NCBI GenBank assembly: GCA_036172245.1
Contig: JAYWIR010000023.1
Span: forward strand, 868,001 to 932,000
DNA: 64,000 nt
Direction of reading: 5' to 3'
From: Raillietiella orientalis
Taxonomy: Eukaryota
In this document: piece by piece, positions 45,101-56,760 of the stretch
Layout of the letters: the number at the start of each line of letters is the position of its first letter
Position numbering within the stretch: position 1 is the stretch's first letter
Notes under the pieces: model-generated
Seen by the model: only the letters and a program-made list of their open reading frames with translations
What the model was told of the DNA's origin: nothing
Databases searched by the model: none
Program-made: the position numbers and the translations under genes

Positions 45101-48070
45101 ACGTAGAAACGTATCGATTAAATTCGAAAGACTGCATAAGTTTAAAATGATGCAGCAAGTGACTTTCATGTAACTTCGTTTGAGAACTTGTGGCAAACCT
45201 ACATACTTCTCAGGAAGAAGCATATGAAAGCAAAATTTTAGAGAAATGTTGGTGAAATGTGTTCCGAGATCAAGATCTAAAGAAACAAAATTTCATGTGA
45301 AAGAATTTCGGTTGCGTATCGAAATGACTTGGCCGGGGAAAGGCAAATAAAGAGTTTATTTGCAACTTGACAGAAATAAGGCTTTGAAACGTGTATACTG
45401 GTCATTCCTATTCCCCATAATTTACATGTAGTCATATCACATGACTTTTCAACTTTGTATCGTGGGCAGTATCCAAAACCACATAAATCCCAGCATACCT
45501 CAATGGTCCACATTTTAAACTAGTATCGACAAACAAGTCGATCAATTAGCTGTACCAAAGGTTTCTTCATACCTACCTAATTTTCATTTAGAATTTCGTT
45601 GACTGATCTAAGTGTCTCCCTCCCATTTGTGCATGCAGGGTTCAAGTAGTTTTCGCAGAATAGGAGGAGGTAGAGCACAGAACGTAGTCGAAAGAGTGTC
45701 ACAGATTAGATCGAACTTTCCGAGTACACTGTGGTCATCTGTATTGGATACTATCAACAAGTGCTTTGTCTCTTTTGTATGCACATCACATGCGTATACG
45801 TTCTGGTAATTTTAAATTGTGTTTCCACCTGTTTTTCCAGTCAATTTCTCATCATTTTAAAGTCGAGTATTCGAAGCATTCGTATACTTTGAATTCGATA
45901 ACTTTAAGGACATGTAAGAGAAAGTAAAAAAAAAACTTGTAGCAGAAAGTGAAGAAGGATTAACTTGATTTTCCCGAACTGTTTGAAGAGTTCTGCTTGA
46001 ATCAGCAATATTCGAATCACGTGTGCTGTTTATTACAAAACTTTCATCCAAAGCACTGGCATAATGTTTGTGCTTTCACCCCATGGATCTTTCTTTCTTC
46101 AATGTGAATTACTTGATTCAGTCTATGACAGGAAACAAAAGTAATGCACACCATTTTTGAAACTGAATGCATTTAGTGTGTGGAGGATAGGTAGTATTAG
46201 GCGAAAAAAAAAAGCTTATTAAATAATCAGAGCCCGTGCGACAATGTTATTTACGTGGAAATTGATTTCCATGTTACGAAGCATAACTTCCATGTCCAAT
46301 AAAGATTTCAGTGCTTTTAAGATGCTGGGAATCCTGCTTACATGCAGAACCACAGGTCACAGTTTGGGAAAGTTACTATTCCGATGAGAAAATCCCGTAC
46401 CACGGAAAAGTTATGTACGTACTACAAAATGAATCCAAGACATTAAGAAGGTACAAGTGTTTCGATTTCGAATGGTGGAGACCCTTCCAATGAAAGCGTG
46501 GAAAGTATGAAATTGCAGTGAAGACATTTTCGTGCAAATTGTTTATTAGTGTACAATCAGCGTCAAGGATCAGAAAAGCGAAATGATGAACCAAATTCAA
46601 TGAATGAAGCATCTGCGCCGGAGGTAACGTGAAGACCCTTTACGTTTTTAAATCACGTAAAATACACTTAAAGTTAAAACAGGTAGCGCAGTTGGCCATT
46701 AGACTCTATACCATAGTGTTTTGTTTCAAAGTGACGAAGGATTTGATTGGTAAACATGGATTTCTTAGAAGCAAAAAGAGACGCTACTTTTTCCAAATGG
46801 GCACTTCTGCCATCGCAGGAAATTCCACGCACTGCGTAGTTCCCACATCGTCCCGGAAATCGCATTCTGCTGCGTGCTGAGGTCGAGAAAAATTTACCTT
46901 GCCTGCAATAGTGGCAACTGTTTCGTGGAGGATCAGTCTTCAGAAACAGAAAAAAGGAAAGTAACCAGAAACACTTTTACAATTCTTCCTGGATTGAAAG
47001 CAAGCTTGAAACTTGTACGATACATGTGTACTCCAAGGGAAAAGTAATATGCTGTTCACACTAGCTTCGAATGTCATTTTACTCGTTTCACTAGCATGGC
47101 TCCTTCTAGCATTACGTGAGATTTGAAGAATACTTTATTGGCTCATGAAACAATACTGAAGACACATTACCTTGAAAACTGATGGAATTAGGAATGCAGA
47201 GTCACTAGTCGGTTGACAAATATTTCAGTTTTCCTGGTTCACTACATTAATAGAATGCTAGCGGTTCATTCGAGACATTTTGCTTGTAGTGTGCTATTAA
47301 AATGTTTACACAAAATGCCTCACACTCAAACAAGAAAGCAAATCCTTGCCTGATTCGCAGTCGAAACTTGTGAATGCTTGTAAATTTCGAATGAGGTTTT
47401 TCTCAATACTCATTAGAGGTATATAAATTGAAAAGCAATAAATTATAAACAATTTAAAAATGGTAGACTGTTTATAGAGGAATACACTGCTGTATTTGGA
47501 AAAAACACACTTCATCCGTTAGCTTGAGGTGCTCTTAATAAAATTCTAGTTGAAAGCTGCTATGAAAGTAAAATTGTTCCGAAAATAACTTGCGAACAGT
47601 ATTAATTATTTTTAAATCTGGAATGAAGCAATAGTTGAGTAGTTGTTGCACATTTTCGCAATCCCTCCCAAATGATACACCTTGTATAAGTACATAGGTT
47701 ATATACTGAATCAATCTACCATGCATTTATTTTTATAGACTATATTCCAAAAACTCATTTCTATTACAAATACATTAATGTACACGCGTACTCAACTGTG
47801 TAAGATTTACTTAATTACAGAACATCTGCAAGGTATACTTTACGCAAGTGCAGAACTACTTTTTCATTTATTTCCACTATTTTATTTTCATATCCATTGT
47901 TCGCACTGTAAAATTGAAAGGCTGGGAACAAATCCTCATCTCATGTAACTAACCGAATTGAAAACTGGAATATTCTGTTTACTAAGAATGAGTTAACAAA
48001 TTTCCATGTTGTGTTAAAGAAAAGCAATAATGAAATGAGTATTTTTATTTGCCCAGATGTGTGCATATCT

Positions 48071-48093
48071 ACACACACACACACACACACACA
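48071..48093. repeat. (AC)11 microsatellite
   Basis: Read directly. Confidence 0.9.
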
Positions 48094-48208
48094 ATCACGC
48101 ACACAAACAAACAAATAATTATTAGAATCGATTAAGCGCAACAAACTCATACCTAATACTCTTATGTGTCTTCCAAAATAAAGCTTTCAATCAATTCCTA
48201 AACTGTTT

Positions 48209-51200
48209 TCACCTGCTTTCTGATATATCTATTCCAGAGATAGGTCCCCCTGATAAGATAAAAATATTCACAATTTACACAGAGATCACATTAATTGAGA
48301 ATTACCTACGTTCATGGCACCTGGCTGGGGGTATGGCTGAGGTGGAGGTGGTACAGGTTCAGAAGGAGGTACTGGTGATGGCTGACTTCCAGGTACAGGG
48401 ATATTTTGACCTGCATTAGCAGGGTTTGTTGAGGCAGCCTGGCAAATACATCATGTTCCAAGTGATTAAAGGAAGCAGCTTCAAAAAAAATTCTTTTTTG
48501 CATACTTTTTCAGCTTTCATTTGCCGTTCTAAAATTGCAGCTTCCTTGTGCATGCCCATGGAACGATAATATTCTAACCACTGAGCACTATAATCAGGGT
48601 GACCTGTAGTTGGTGTCGCTGCCACAGGTACAGGGGCAGCAGAACGTGGCACAGGCTCATCATAATAATAGGAATAGGAATTAGCAAATACTAGAAGGCA
48701 CACAGATGGCACTTCATCTGTGCAAGGCCGATTTGCAAGCAGTTCCTGCTCAAAATTCTGATGCTTTTGGAGTTTTCCATTCAAATTAGTGGGATCCTAC
48801 ATCAGCTATATTAAGTGTAAAATTTAATTCTCAAGCTTACCATGTAATTTTCATCTGTCACTACTTTAAGCTTCTCATTGATCCATCCCTTAGTTTCATC
48901 ACAATCTCTCTCAAACTGCTGCAAGCGATAAGACTCATCTAACATAAAACGTCGATTAGTTGATTTGTCTAAAAGTGCTAAGCGTCGCTCTAGAAGCTAA
49001 AAAAGAGTTGCTTTTTCTGAAATATACATCCAATGATCCTGACCAACTGCCTGCGATGAGCCACATCATCAAGTGCATAACGCTGCTCATTAATAAGCTT
49101 GGCAGGTAAAATCTCCAAAACTTTGATCTTTTCTTCTTGTGCAGCTAAAGATTTCTCAAAATCCTCGTGCTTTTTTATAAGGGCTTCCACAGAATCTAAA
49201 GAATCGCCAAGATCGTCACTGATCAGGAACGCTTCTTGCTTGGCGATAATTGCATCAGCTTGTTCAGTATCGCGATAAAATAATTGCGGATCCAAACGCT
49301 GTTCATTAAGAATTCCTCTATCTTCGCACAGTTTCAATAAGGAGTTCTTCGCGGATCTTAAGGTGTCAAGCTTTTCTTTCACATCCTCAGAAGCAAAATG
49401 TCCTGCATCAAGCAACTTTTGGCCAGATGCCATTGTATTCTGAAAATCATCGCTATGGGCATCGATTTCTCCTTTGTGTTCCTGATGACATTCTAACAGA
49501 GCTTCACCTCCTGAAACTTCTTTGGCTAACTCATCAGCCTGTATAATCGTTTTCATGTCTGCAATCCAAGACATCAGATCACGATAATCAACCAAAAAAC
49601 AGTGCAGCAAGTAGGACTCATCTAAGCGCCTTTTTCGATCCTGAAGTCGATAATTAATTGGTACACAATCTTAATCGACAAATTGTACCTGAGCTTTTCC
49701 CTTTAGATTTTGCCAGTTGTTTACTATAACTTTATGTTTTGTTTTGATTTGATCACTGTTCTCAGGATTTCCAGAAAACAGTGAGTCAGCGTCTTCACCC
49801 AACTTGCACACTTTGTACTCCAGAGCTGCTAAATCTCTCTCCATTCCCTCATGTTTTCTCTGTAACAAATTGGTACATGACAGGAACTACTTTTCATCTT
49901 TTGTTATAGACCTGTAACGCTTGCACACTAGCAAGGTCTTTGCCTAAGTCATCTGAAGACAAAACTGAATCTTTCTCCAAAATCGAGGCAAATGCCTCAT
50001 CAGCCTCTCGATTGAGTCTTCGAATTTCAACGCCCCGAAATAAACGATCCTGTCTATGAATAGCCACCTGTCCCAAATGCTCCCAAGCTTCCAACATTTC
50101 CTGCAATTACTATAATCTTGTCATGCTACCCACAACAACTGACCTCCTTTCTTTTGATTATCTGGTCTTTTTCAGGATGATGTTCTTCAATTAATCGCTT
50201 TGCAAATTCATATACTTCCAAAACCCGATATTCCTGAGACGCCATATCTCCATGAAGTTCCTTACACTTTCTTTCCAAAACGTCGAAATCCTCAAGACCA
50301 TTAGCAAATTCATCTCCACTGACGAAAGTTACCTACATATTACACATTTGTGATTTATTGACCACTGATTCATTTGTACACTAATAACTTGATTACCTTA
50401 TCACTTATCCAGAACATGACTTCATCACACTGTCTCAAGAATTGCACTAACACTAATGCCTGTTGCAATTTCATACCTTTTTCTGCTAGACGAGAAAGAA
50501 GCAGTTCCCATAAATCATGCAATTCTTCTATAAAAGAGTAAGTATATCATAATCTCCTCAATACCTATAAACAACTTGCCTAATCTTTTTTTGATAGCAG
50601 CGGATTCAAAATGATTCTGATTAATCATTTCAGAACCAGCATTATCTAGTACCACAATTGCATTGCTGTGAGCTGATACTTCAGCCCCAAATGCTTGATG
50701 TTTCAGAATTTCGGCCTGAAATGGGCTTGTAGATAAATTTGTGACACAGCAGTGAATAACCTGTAAATTGGATGCATCCTTGTAGCTTTCATCAGATGCA
50801 GTTTGCAATTTTTCATAGATCCACGACTGCGGTTCATCACAATCTCGTTTGAAGTACTAAATATTTGCAAAGTAAGGGTCAGTTACACATAACAAAATAC
50901 TCATCACTTTTAAAACAAAAACAGTTTAATTTGTATATATTCGTTTGGAGGAAGAGAATCTCCGGCTTTTTTTAACACGACATTTTTCGATGGTTATTAC
51001 GAAGCTCACAACAAGTTATATTAAAAAATACGCAGTTGACCAATAAAAGCTATAACAAATAAGAAAAACTATGCACTTGTGTTTTCAATGATAAATCCGT
51101 TTCCTCATAAATTAATGTATGCATGTACTAATTACATGCCTTCCCTTGTGGGAATATACCAAAACCATGCGTATCTTCTTAAGCAATTTGCATACATGAA

Positions 51201-53412
51201 TGATTTACATGATGGTAATTTCAATCAACTACTAATTTCAAACAAAGATAAGAACACCTCTATGATTATACAAACATATGTTCAATGTGGGGAGACATAA
51301 TGTGATGACCTGAACATTTTCATACAAAGTATTATGGAGCCAAACTCCCAAATGGAAAATTATGAAATGTATGCAAGAAATATAGCTTATCCAATTAAAA
51401 AACATTTGTATTGTAAGTGTACAAATTCACAGAAGCAAACTCTCTAAGTAGGCATGAAAAATGATGAAACTCCCATGCAGCGTTAACTTTTTTACCAGGG
51501 AACGGTACCAAATTTGTAATATTGCAAGCAGTGCAGCAATTACGTACTATGACATGATAAATAATATAAAAACGAAATCAATTACGTTATTCACACTGAG
51601 CACTTCAATGTACTTAAACTGTAATCAACCTTAGTACAAATTTAAATTAAGTAACATTACACCTGATGTGCAATTTTATGATAGCAATGAAACAGAAAGA
51701 ATTGCATTTTTGGCATGTGAAACTCATTTGACCAACTCATTTAAAACAACAATAAACATTAAACAGTACAAATATTTTTGAAAGTAATGAAAATAAAAAA
51801 AAATTGAATATCTGGGAGAGATTTCCCATTACATGGTGTTTTTCTTGTATTTATCCACAGCTCGCAAAACAAAACACTGATATCAAGAATACTGCCAATC
51901 AATGTTTTCTGTTATTTTCTACTCAACTCCGATCCTGTCGCATATTTTAAAGTCTCAATACATAACAAGAGCTGCAACTTGAACTTGGACCTGTTCACGG
52001 AGAAAAGAATATAATGGAGACAAAACAAAGGCTGCAAATAAGAATCAAAGAACTTGAATGCAAACGCATTAATTATAGTGATAAAAGAAACACTATGTAA
52101 GGTTCAGACCTGCTCAGCATTAAAAGGAAACAATAGGAAATTCCAAAACGTATTGCTAAATCCATGAAGGGGTAAAACACTTGGATATCCCAAAACATGG
52201 ACATAATTTACACATTAATGTCAAGAATCACATTGAATTTTCTAACTAATAGAGCCCAAAAAGAAAAAGCAGTTCATAACAATAGGTCATGTACATTACA
52301 ACAGCTGAAACTCAAGTCTTACGACATAGAGGAATGGTTGGAAAAAAAATACCCTAATACATTTTGTTGAATGATAAGCCTATATGTTTTTTTCAAGGAA
52401 CTTTATTTGGCCATAATGGAGACTTCCTTAAAAACTGATGTGATCCATCTTTCAAAACAGATTGCAACATTACAAAGAACCAACATACATAAAACTTTCT
52501 GCAAACATAGAAATAAAACTTACGAAGAAAAATTCTTAAATGTTATGCACACAACATCTTTTAAAATTTATCATCTTTTGCACCTGAAGCTTCTTGAAAT
52601 AATCTAGGTAAGGAATCAAATCACATGACAGAATCACTATTGATTTGCAGTTTCATATCATGCAATACATATGCTGAACTTGAATTCTAACATACACGCT
52701 GATACAAAAATTACTGACAACTTGACTACAGAAGCACACAAAGTTTTACTCATAAACTTTTACATAAATGTTTACTCATGATTTCTGGGACTGGGTTCAG
52801 TACTCTAAGCAAATATGGTGAATCGCATGTAAAACTTTTGAAATCATTTCCTTTTCAGTAGGCATGCTTATTGGTGTGTTAAGATGACTTCATAAATGAG
52901 CTATGAGCAAGAGAATACATATTTTTGTGAAAAGTGCAGATCGATAAAGTGCAGGGCATACGAGGATCATCACGATGCGAGTTTCAGAAATTATTCATTT
53001 TTTCTGAACTTCTACGTCCGTACATGCAGGATTGTTTGGATTAATTCCGTTCGATTCTGCTAAATACTCAACAGGGCACCGATAGTTTTCCGCCCAACGA
53101 AAGGGAAGACACCGCACCAACATTTACTTTCGTGAAATTTTAAAATTTTCTACGAAGATGGAATACTCAGTGAGTGGAAAATAGCTGATCATAGCATATT
53201 ACGACGGAAGGCAGGTTAAAAAATCCTACTTTTCACGGTAGGGAGCGAGCATCCATTACCTGGTATTTCCGGGATTCATGTAGCTTATCCCTTTTATTGC
53301 GTGCTTCCAATTTACACTGAGCATACCTCGTCAAAACAGAATTACGTCTCTCCTGTATATCTTCCACAGTCTCCAAAACTTTTACATCATTCACAACAAC
53401 GGACTGATCCAT
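48209..53412 (-). CDS. Chimeric gene: N-terminal ~635 aa of alpha-spectrin fused in frame to a FUBP/PSI-like C-terminus (DUF1897-type Tyr-rich motif + Pro-rich tail)
   Basis: Spectrin-derived exons from 53260-53412 down to the fused exon 48506-48796 keep their splice sites and frame. The fused exon reads ...NRPCTDEVPSVCLLVFANSYSYYY...GHPDYSAQWLEYYRSMGMHKEAAILERQMKAEK. Next come exon ~48310-48438 (AASTNPANAGQ...PPPPQPYPQPGAMN) and a last exon starting 48249 (stop at 48229 or 48209 depending on donor). Expression is not shown by sequence. Confidence 0.75.
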
Positions 53413-54634
53413 TCCGACCGCAGAAGCACCTACTGACACACCTCCGACTCCGACCCAGCCTCGCCCCTATACTTGGGCCTCCACAGAAGACCGCCGTTGC
53501 GCAACCAAAAATAGTTGCAGAATCGAATTTGAAAAGTAGAATATTGTAGAATGCTACAGCATGTAGTGCAGCAGTATTTAGGCCAGATTCCCTCCTCTAA
53601 AAATCATTAAGGATTTGTTCAATGTCTGTCTATTGCAAGAAAACGTGCCATCATTCCAAATGATCGTTTGCTTCCTTAAAAGAGTCACTCGGACATTTCT
53701 TCCAAAGTTTAGTTTCGTGTCCGAATTTATGCAATGGACATTGGGTATGGTTCTATTTCTAGTTGGTTTCCTTTATCATCATCAGTCTGCAACACGCTGT
53801 GACGAATTAACAAGAACAAAGTTGCTTACAGTCACTGAGAAGTGATCAAAAAAAAAAAAAAAGTTCACTGGAAGTTCCCAAGAGGATTTCGCTCGCTTTG
53901 TGAAATTTCATAATTCATTTCGTTGTTTGGATTCGAAAATTCGACGAATGCTACTAAATGATTTCAGTGAACGTAGGTAGGACCTACTTCGATATTTCTC
54001 TCTTGTGCCGCTGCTAAACTGAAACCCACAAGAAGATGCACAGAGCTGTTAAGACAAGTGTACGAATTGTGACAGCACTGTATCGTGATGTAAGTTGTCT
54101 GTAGTGAAGTACCAATATTTTCACATCGAGAAACTGTCAGCTTCTTTGGTGAGCTAATGGACTCTTGAACGCAGAATTTCATTCAAAGAACTCACAAGCA
54201 GACTTCCGAGTACGAAGAATTAATAGCACACGTGACCTTTGATCTGAACGAAGATTGCTTGCTTTCACAAAGAGACAGATTTTCCAAAATGTTTCTGAGA
54301 CGACATCTAATGACGTTCGTGATGCATTGAAGCTGTTTGTATCGTTATCACTTCAGCTGTCATGCAGTGCTTTGCAAGTGATGACGATATTAGGAAGGCA
54401 AGGAAAAATTGGGAATGACCCCGGAACACAACTACGGCTGCAAATAATATTTTCGCCAACATTGACACTTGGAAGCAAGCTAAGATTAGCATCGTTGATT
54501 AGTATTTTATGCTATTTTATTTATTTAAATTGCCGACAAATTTTATACTTTTAATGGAAAACTTGTTGTCAGAATCATTAATTTGAATTTCTACTTTTCT
54601 TGCTGTTTATCCATTTACCAGGTCCAGTGATTGT
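48702..54634. repeat. Segmental tandem duplication of ~37400-43344 (offset ~11.3 kb); resumes at 63982 after the retrotransposon nest
   Basis: Base-by-base match of exons, introns and upstream DNA. Several track ORFs are identical or nearly so (39778/51079, 41943/53233, 42674/53964). Confidence 0.97.
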
Positions 54635-55359
54635 TGCCACCCGGTCACGCCGAGGCGTTTATTAGAAATTCTCTACATTATGGTACGAGGCCCCACTACG
54701 GCCAACACAACAGGACCTGCCGGGCTGCCGGTACGCAGACCGGCGCTACTCCCCTCGGCAGCGGAAGGGGATGGGGAGAAAAACAAAAAGAAAAATAAAA
54801 TATAAAAACTAAAAGATTTGGGAGGGCGGGGAAGGGATCACGGTCCACTGCGAGGAGGGTCTATCCTTTCCAGGATGCCCTCGAGGTCCGTCCGTATAAT
54901 TCCCATGTGGGGCCATCTGGTCACAATCCGCAGGTGGCGGATTGCAAGTTCGACGGCATCGCTGTCGTGGCTAGGTCTTCTGACGTCGCTCCAACACGTC
55001 ACAATCCCTCGGACGCAGCAGGGCTGCGGCAGGCCGAAGGGCGTCACGCACAAAGAGGCGCGTCAGAACGTCTCTAGGGTTGATCGTGGGTGCTCCTAGG
55101 GCCGTTGCGAAACGCAACCACAGGGGTCGGAGGGCAGCACAATCTACAAGGAGGTGGGAGGAGGGTTTCCCGCTCCCCGCACCTGACGCAGGCGGGATTC
55201 ACTCGACCCCTGGTCCAGTGGTGACGGCGTGCGTTGCAAGGTAGGCCCCAATGCAACAACAGAAGCCCCGACTCCTGCCACTTCAGGGGGAGGATCCTCG
55301 AGCCTATGAATACCGGGGGCCACTTCAGGTCATCCGTAGGGATGCCAAGCAGCTCGCCC

Positions 55360-56760
55360 AATCCCAGCCTACTGTTTAAGGTAGGCCGGGTATTCGATGA
55401 TCGTGTGGCGCGCTCCTTTGAGCAGGAGCTGCACCGTTTGAACGTCAATAAGGAGGATCTGTTGGGTCTCTCCATCCGCAGCGGGGGGCAGCATTTCGAG
55501 CTGACCTGCAAAGAAGCAGGGTTGGCGCAAAGACTGCTGCGAACCCCCGTTAGGATCGAAGGCCGCCAGATCTTCCCTGTCCCGGTGGACAACTCAATAG
55601 TTGTTCACCTCCGCGGAATCACCCTACGGATGTCCCCGAGTGCCGTCAGGGCTGAATTGAGCAAATTCGGCACCGTGCACGCACTGTGGGCGAAGCCCAA
55701 CAGACTCCGTACTTATGACGGACTTCTAAGCGGGCATGCTGCTGCGCGCATCACGGTTGCCAAGGACGTGGGGATTCCCCACAAACTGGTTGTCGACGGA
55801 GATACTGTCGACATCTGGTATCTGGGTAAACCCAAATACTGCGCGTTCTGTGATGCTACGGGACACGTGAAGAAACGTTGCCCCAACATCACCTGCCGCA
55901 AGTGCGAGGCAACCGGGCACACGGAAGAAATGTGCCCGAAAAAGACTCCGCGCGCGCTGGCTGCTGCCACGAGTGGCACGAACGCGAATAAAAAGAAGCC
56001 TGGCAAGCCCTGGCCAACGTCCGAAAAACAGGTTGACCCGGAGCCAGCCGAAAAGGCCGTGCCGAACACCCCGTCTGCGGAAACGCAGGCAACCGGGGCG
56101 GAAGGAGAAGAGCCGGACTGGCAAAAGGTCAGCTACAAAAAAGGGAACTTAAAAAAGAAGAATAAAGTCCCTGCAAAACCCGCGAAACCAGCGAAAAAGC
56201 AGGGACTGAAAAAACGCACGATCGCACTGGAGCGCCTTACAGACGCCGAAGTGACATGCGAACAGGCCGTTGCCGTGTGCAACAACGCCGACAGCCCCGT
56301 CGCTGTGCGAACAGCAGCCGAGGGCTGCGGCGAGGGGGAAAGCCGCGTTGGCGCGGACTTTGCGAAAGCCGCCGTCGAGCTCGCCGCCGCCGTTCCGCAA
56401 TCACCCGCAAAGGGCGAGAAGAAGGCGGCTCGACATCCAGCCGAAAGGAGGGGGACCGGGACCTCGGACTCGGACCCGGAGGCCGGACACGCACCATCCG
56501 TGTCTGCAACCCCATGGAAGACCGGACGGAAAATCCGTAACCTGAGGAGGATCGTTTCCTCCGAGGAGGGGGAATCTTCCGAAAACGAGGGTGCGGCGAG
56601 CGTGGGAGGAATGGACACGAGTCCTGAACTCCCACGCCCGGTCGAGACACAGCCGATGCAAGCGGAGGGCGTCGTCGAGGCGCCCCCCACTGCAGACGAG
56701 CAAGAAAGCATCCCGCCCGATGGGGAGGCGGGAGACGCTGCATCACGTTCCCAGCAGTAA
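55360..56760 (+). CDS. Element B ORF1, gag-like nucleic-acid-binding protein, 5'-truncated
   Basis: RRM-like segment (VHLRGITLRMSPSAVRAELSKFGTV), two CX2CX4HX4C knuckles (CAFCDATGHVKKRC, CRKCEATGHTEEMC), basic/low-complexity tail. Confidence 0.88.
   Translation, partial: NPSLLFKVGRVFDDRVARSFEQELHRLNVNKEDLLGLSIRSGGQHFELTCKEAGLAQRLLRTPVRIEGRQIFPVPVDNSIVVHLRGITLRMSPSAVRAELSKFGTVHALWAKPNRLRTYDGLLSGHAAARITVAKDVGIPHKLVVDGDTVDIWYLGKPKYCAFCDATGHVKKRCPNITCRKCEATGHTEEMCPKKTPRALAAATSGTNANKKKPGKPWPTSEKQVDPEPAEKAVPNTPSAETQATGAEGEEPDWQKVSYKKGNLKKKNKVPAKPAKPAKKQGLKKRTIALERLTDAEVTCEQAVAVCNNADSPVAVRTAAEGCGEGESRVGADFAKAAVELAAAVPQSPAKGEKKAARHPAERRGTGTSDSDPEAGHAPSVSATPWKTGRKIRNLRRIVSSEEGESSENEGAASVGGMDTSPELPRPVETQPMQAEGVVEAPPTADEQESIPPDGEAGDAASRSQQ

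Noticed and set aside
44700..46900. Exon-like stretches between spectrin and the chimera
   Set aside because: The candidate frames I tried contain stops and show no recognisable homology.
48702..54634. Duplicate as an uncollapsed haplotype or assembly error
   Set aside because: Frame-preserving clustered replacements, an in-frame fusion and a copy-specific TSD-bounded insertion argue for a real paralog; long reads would settle it.
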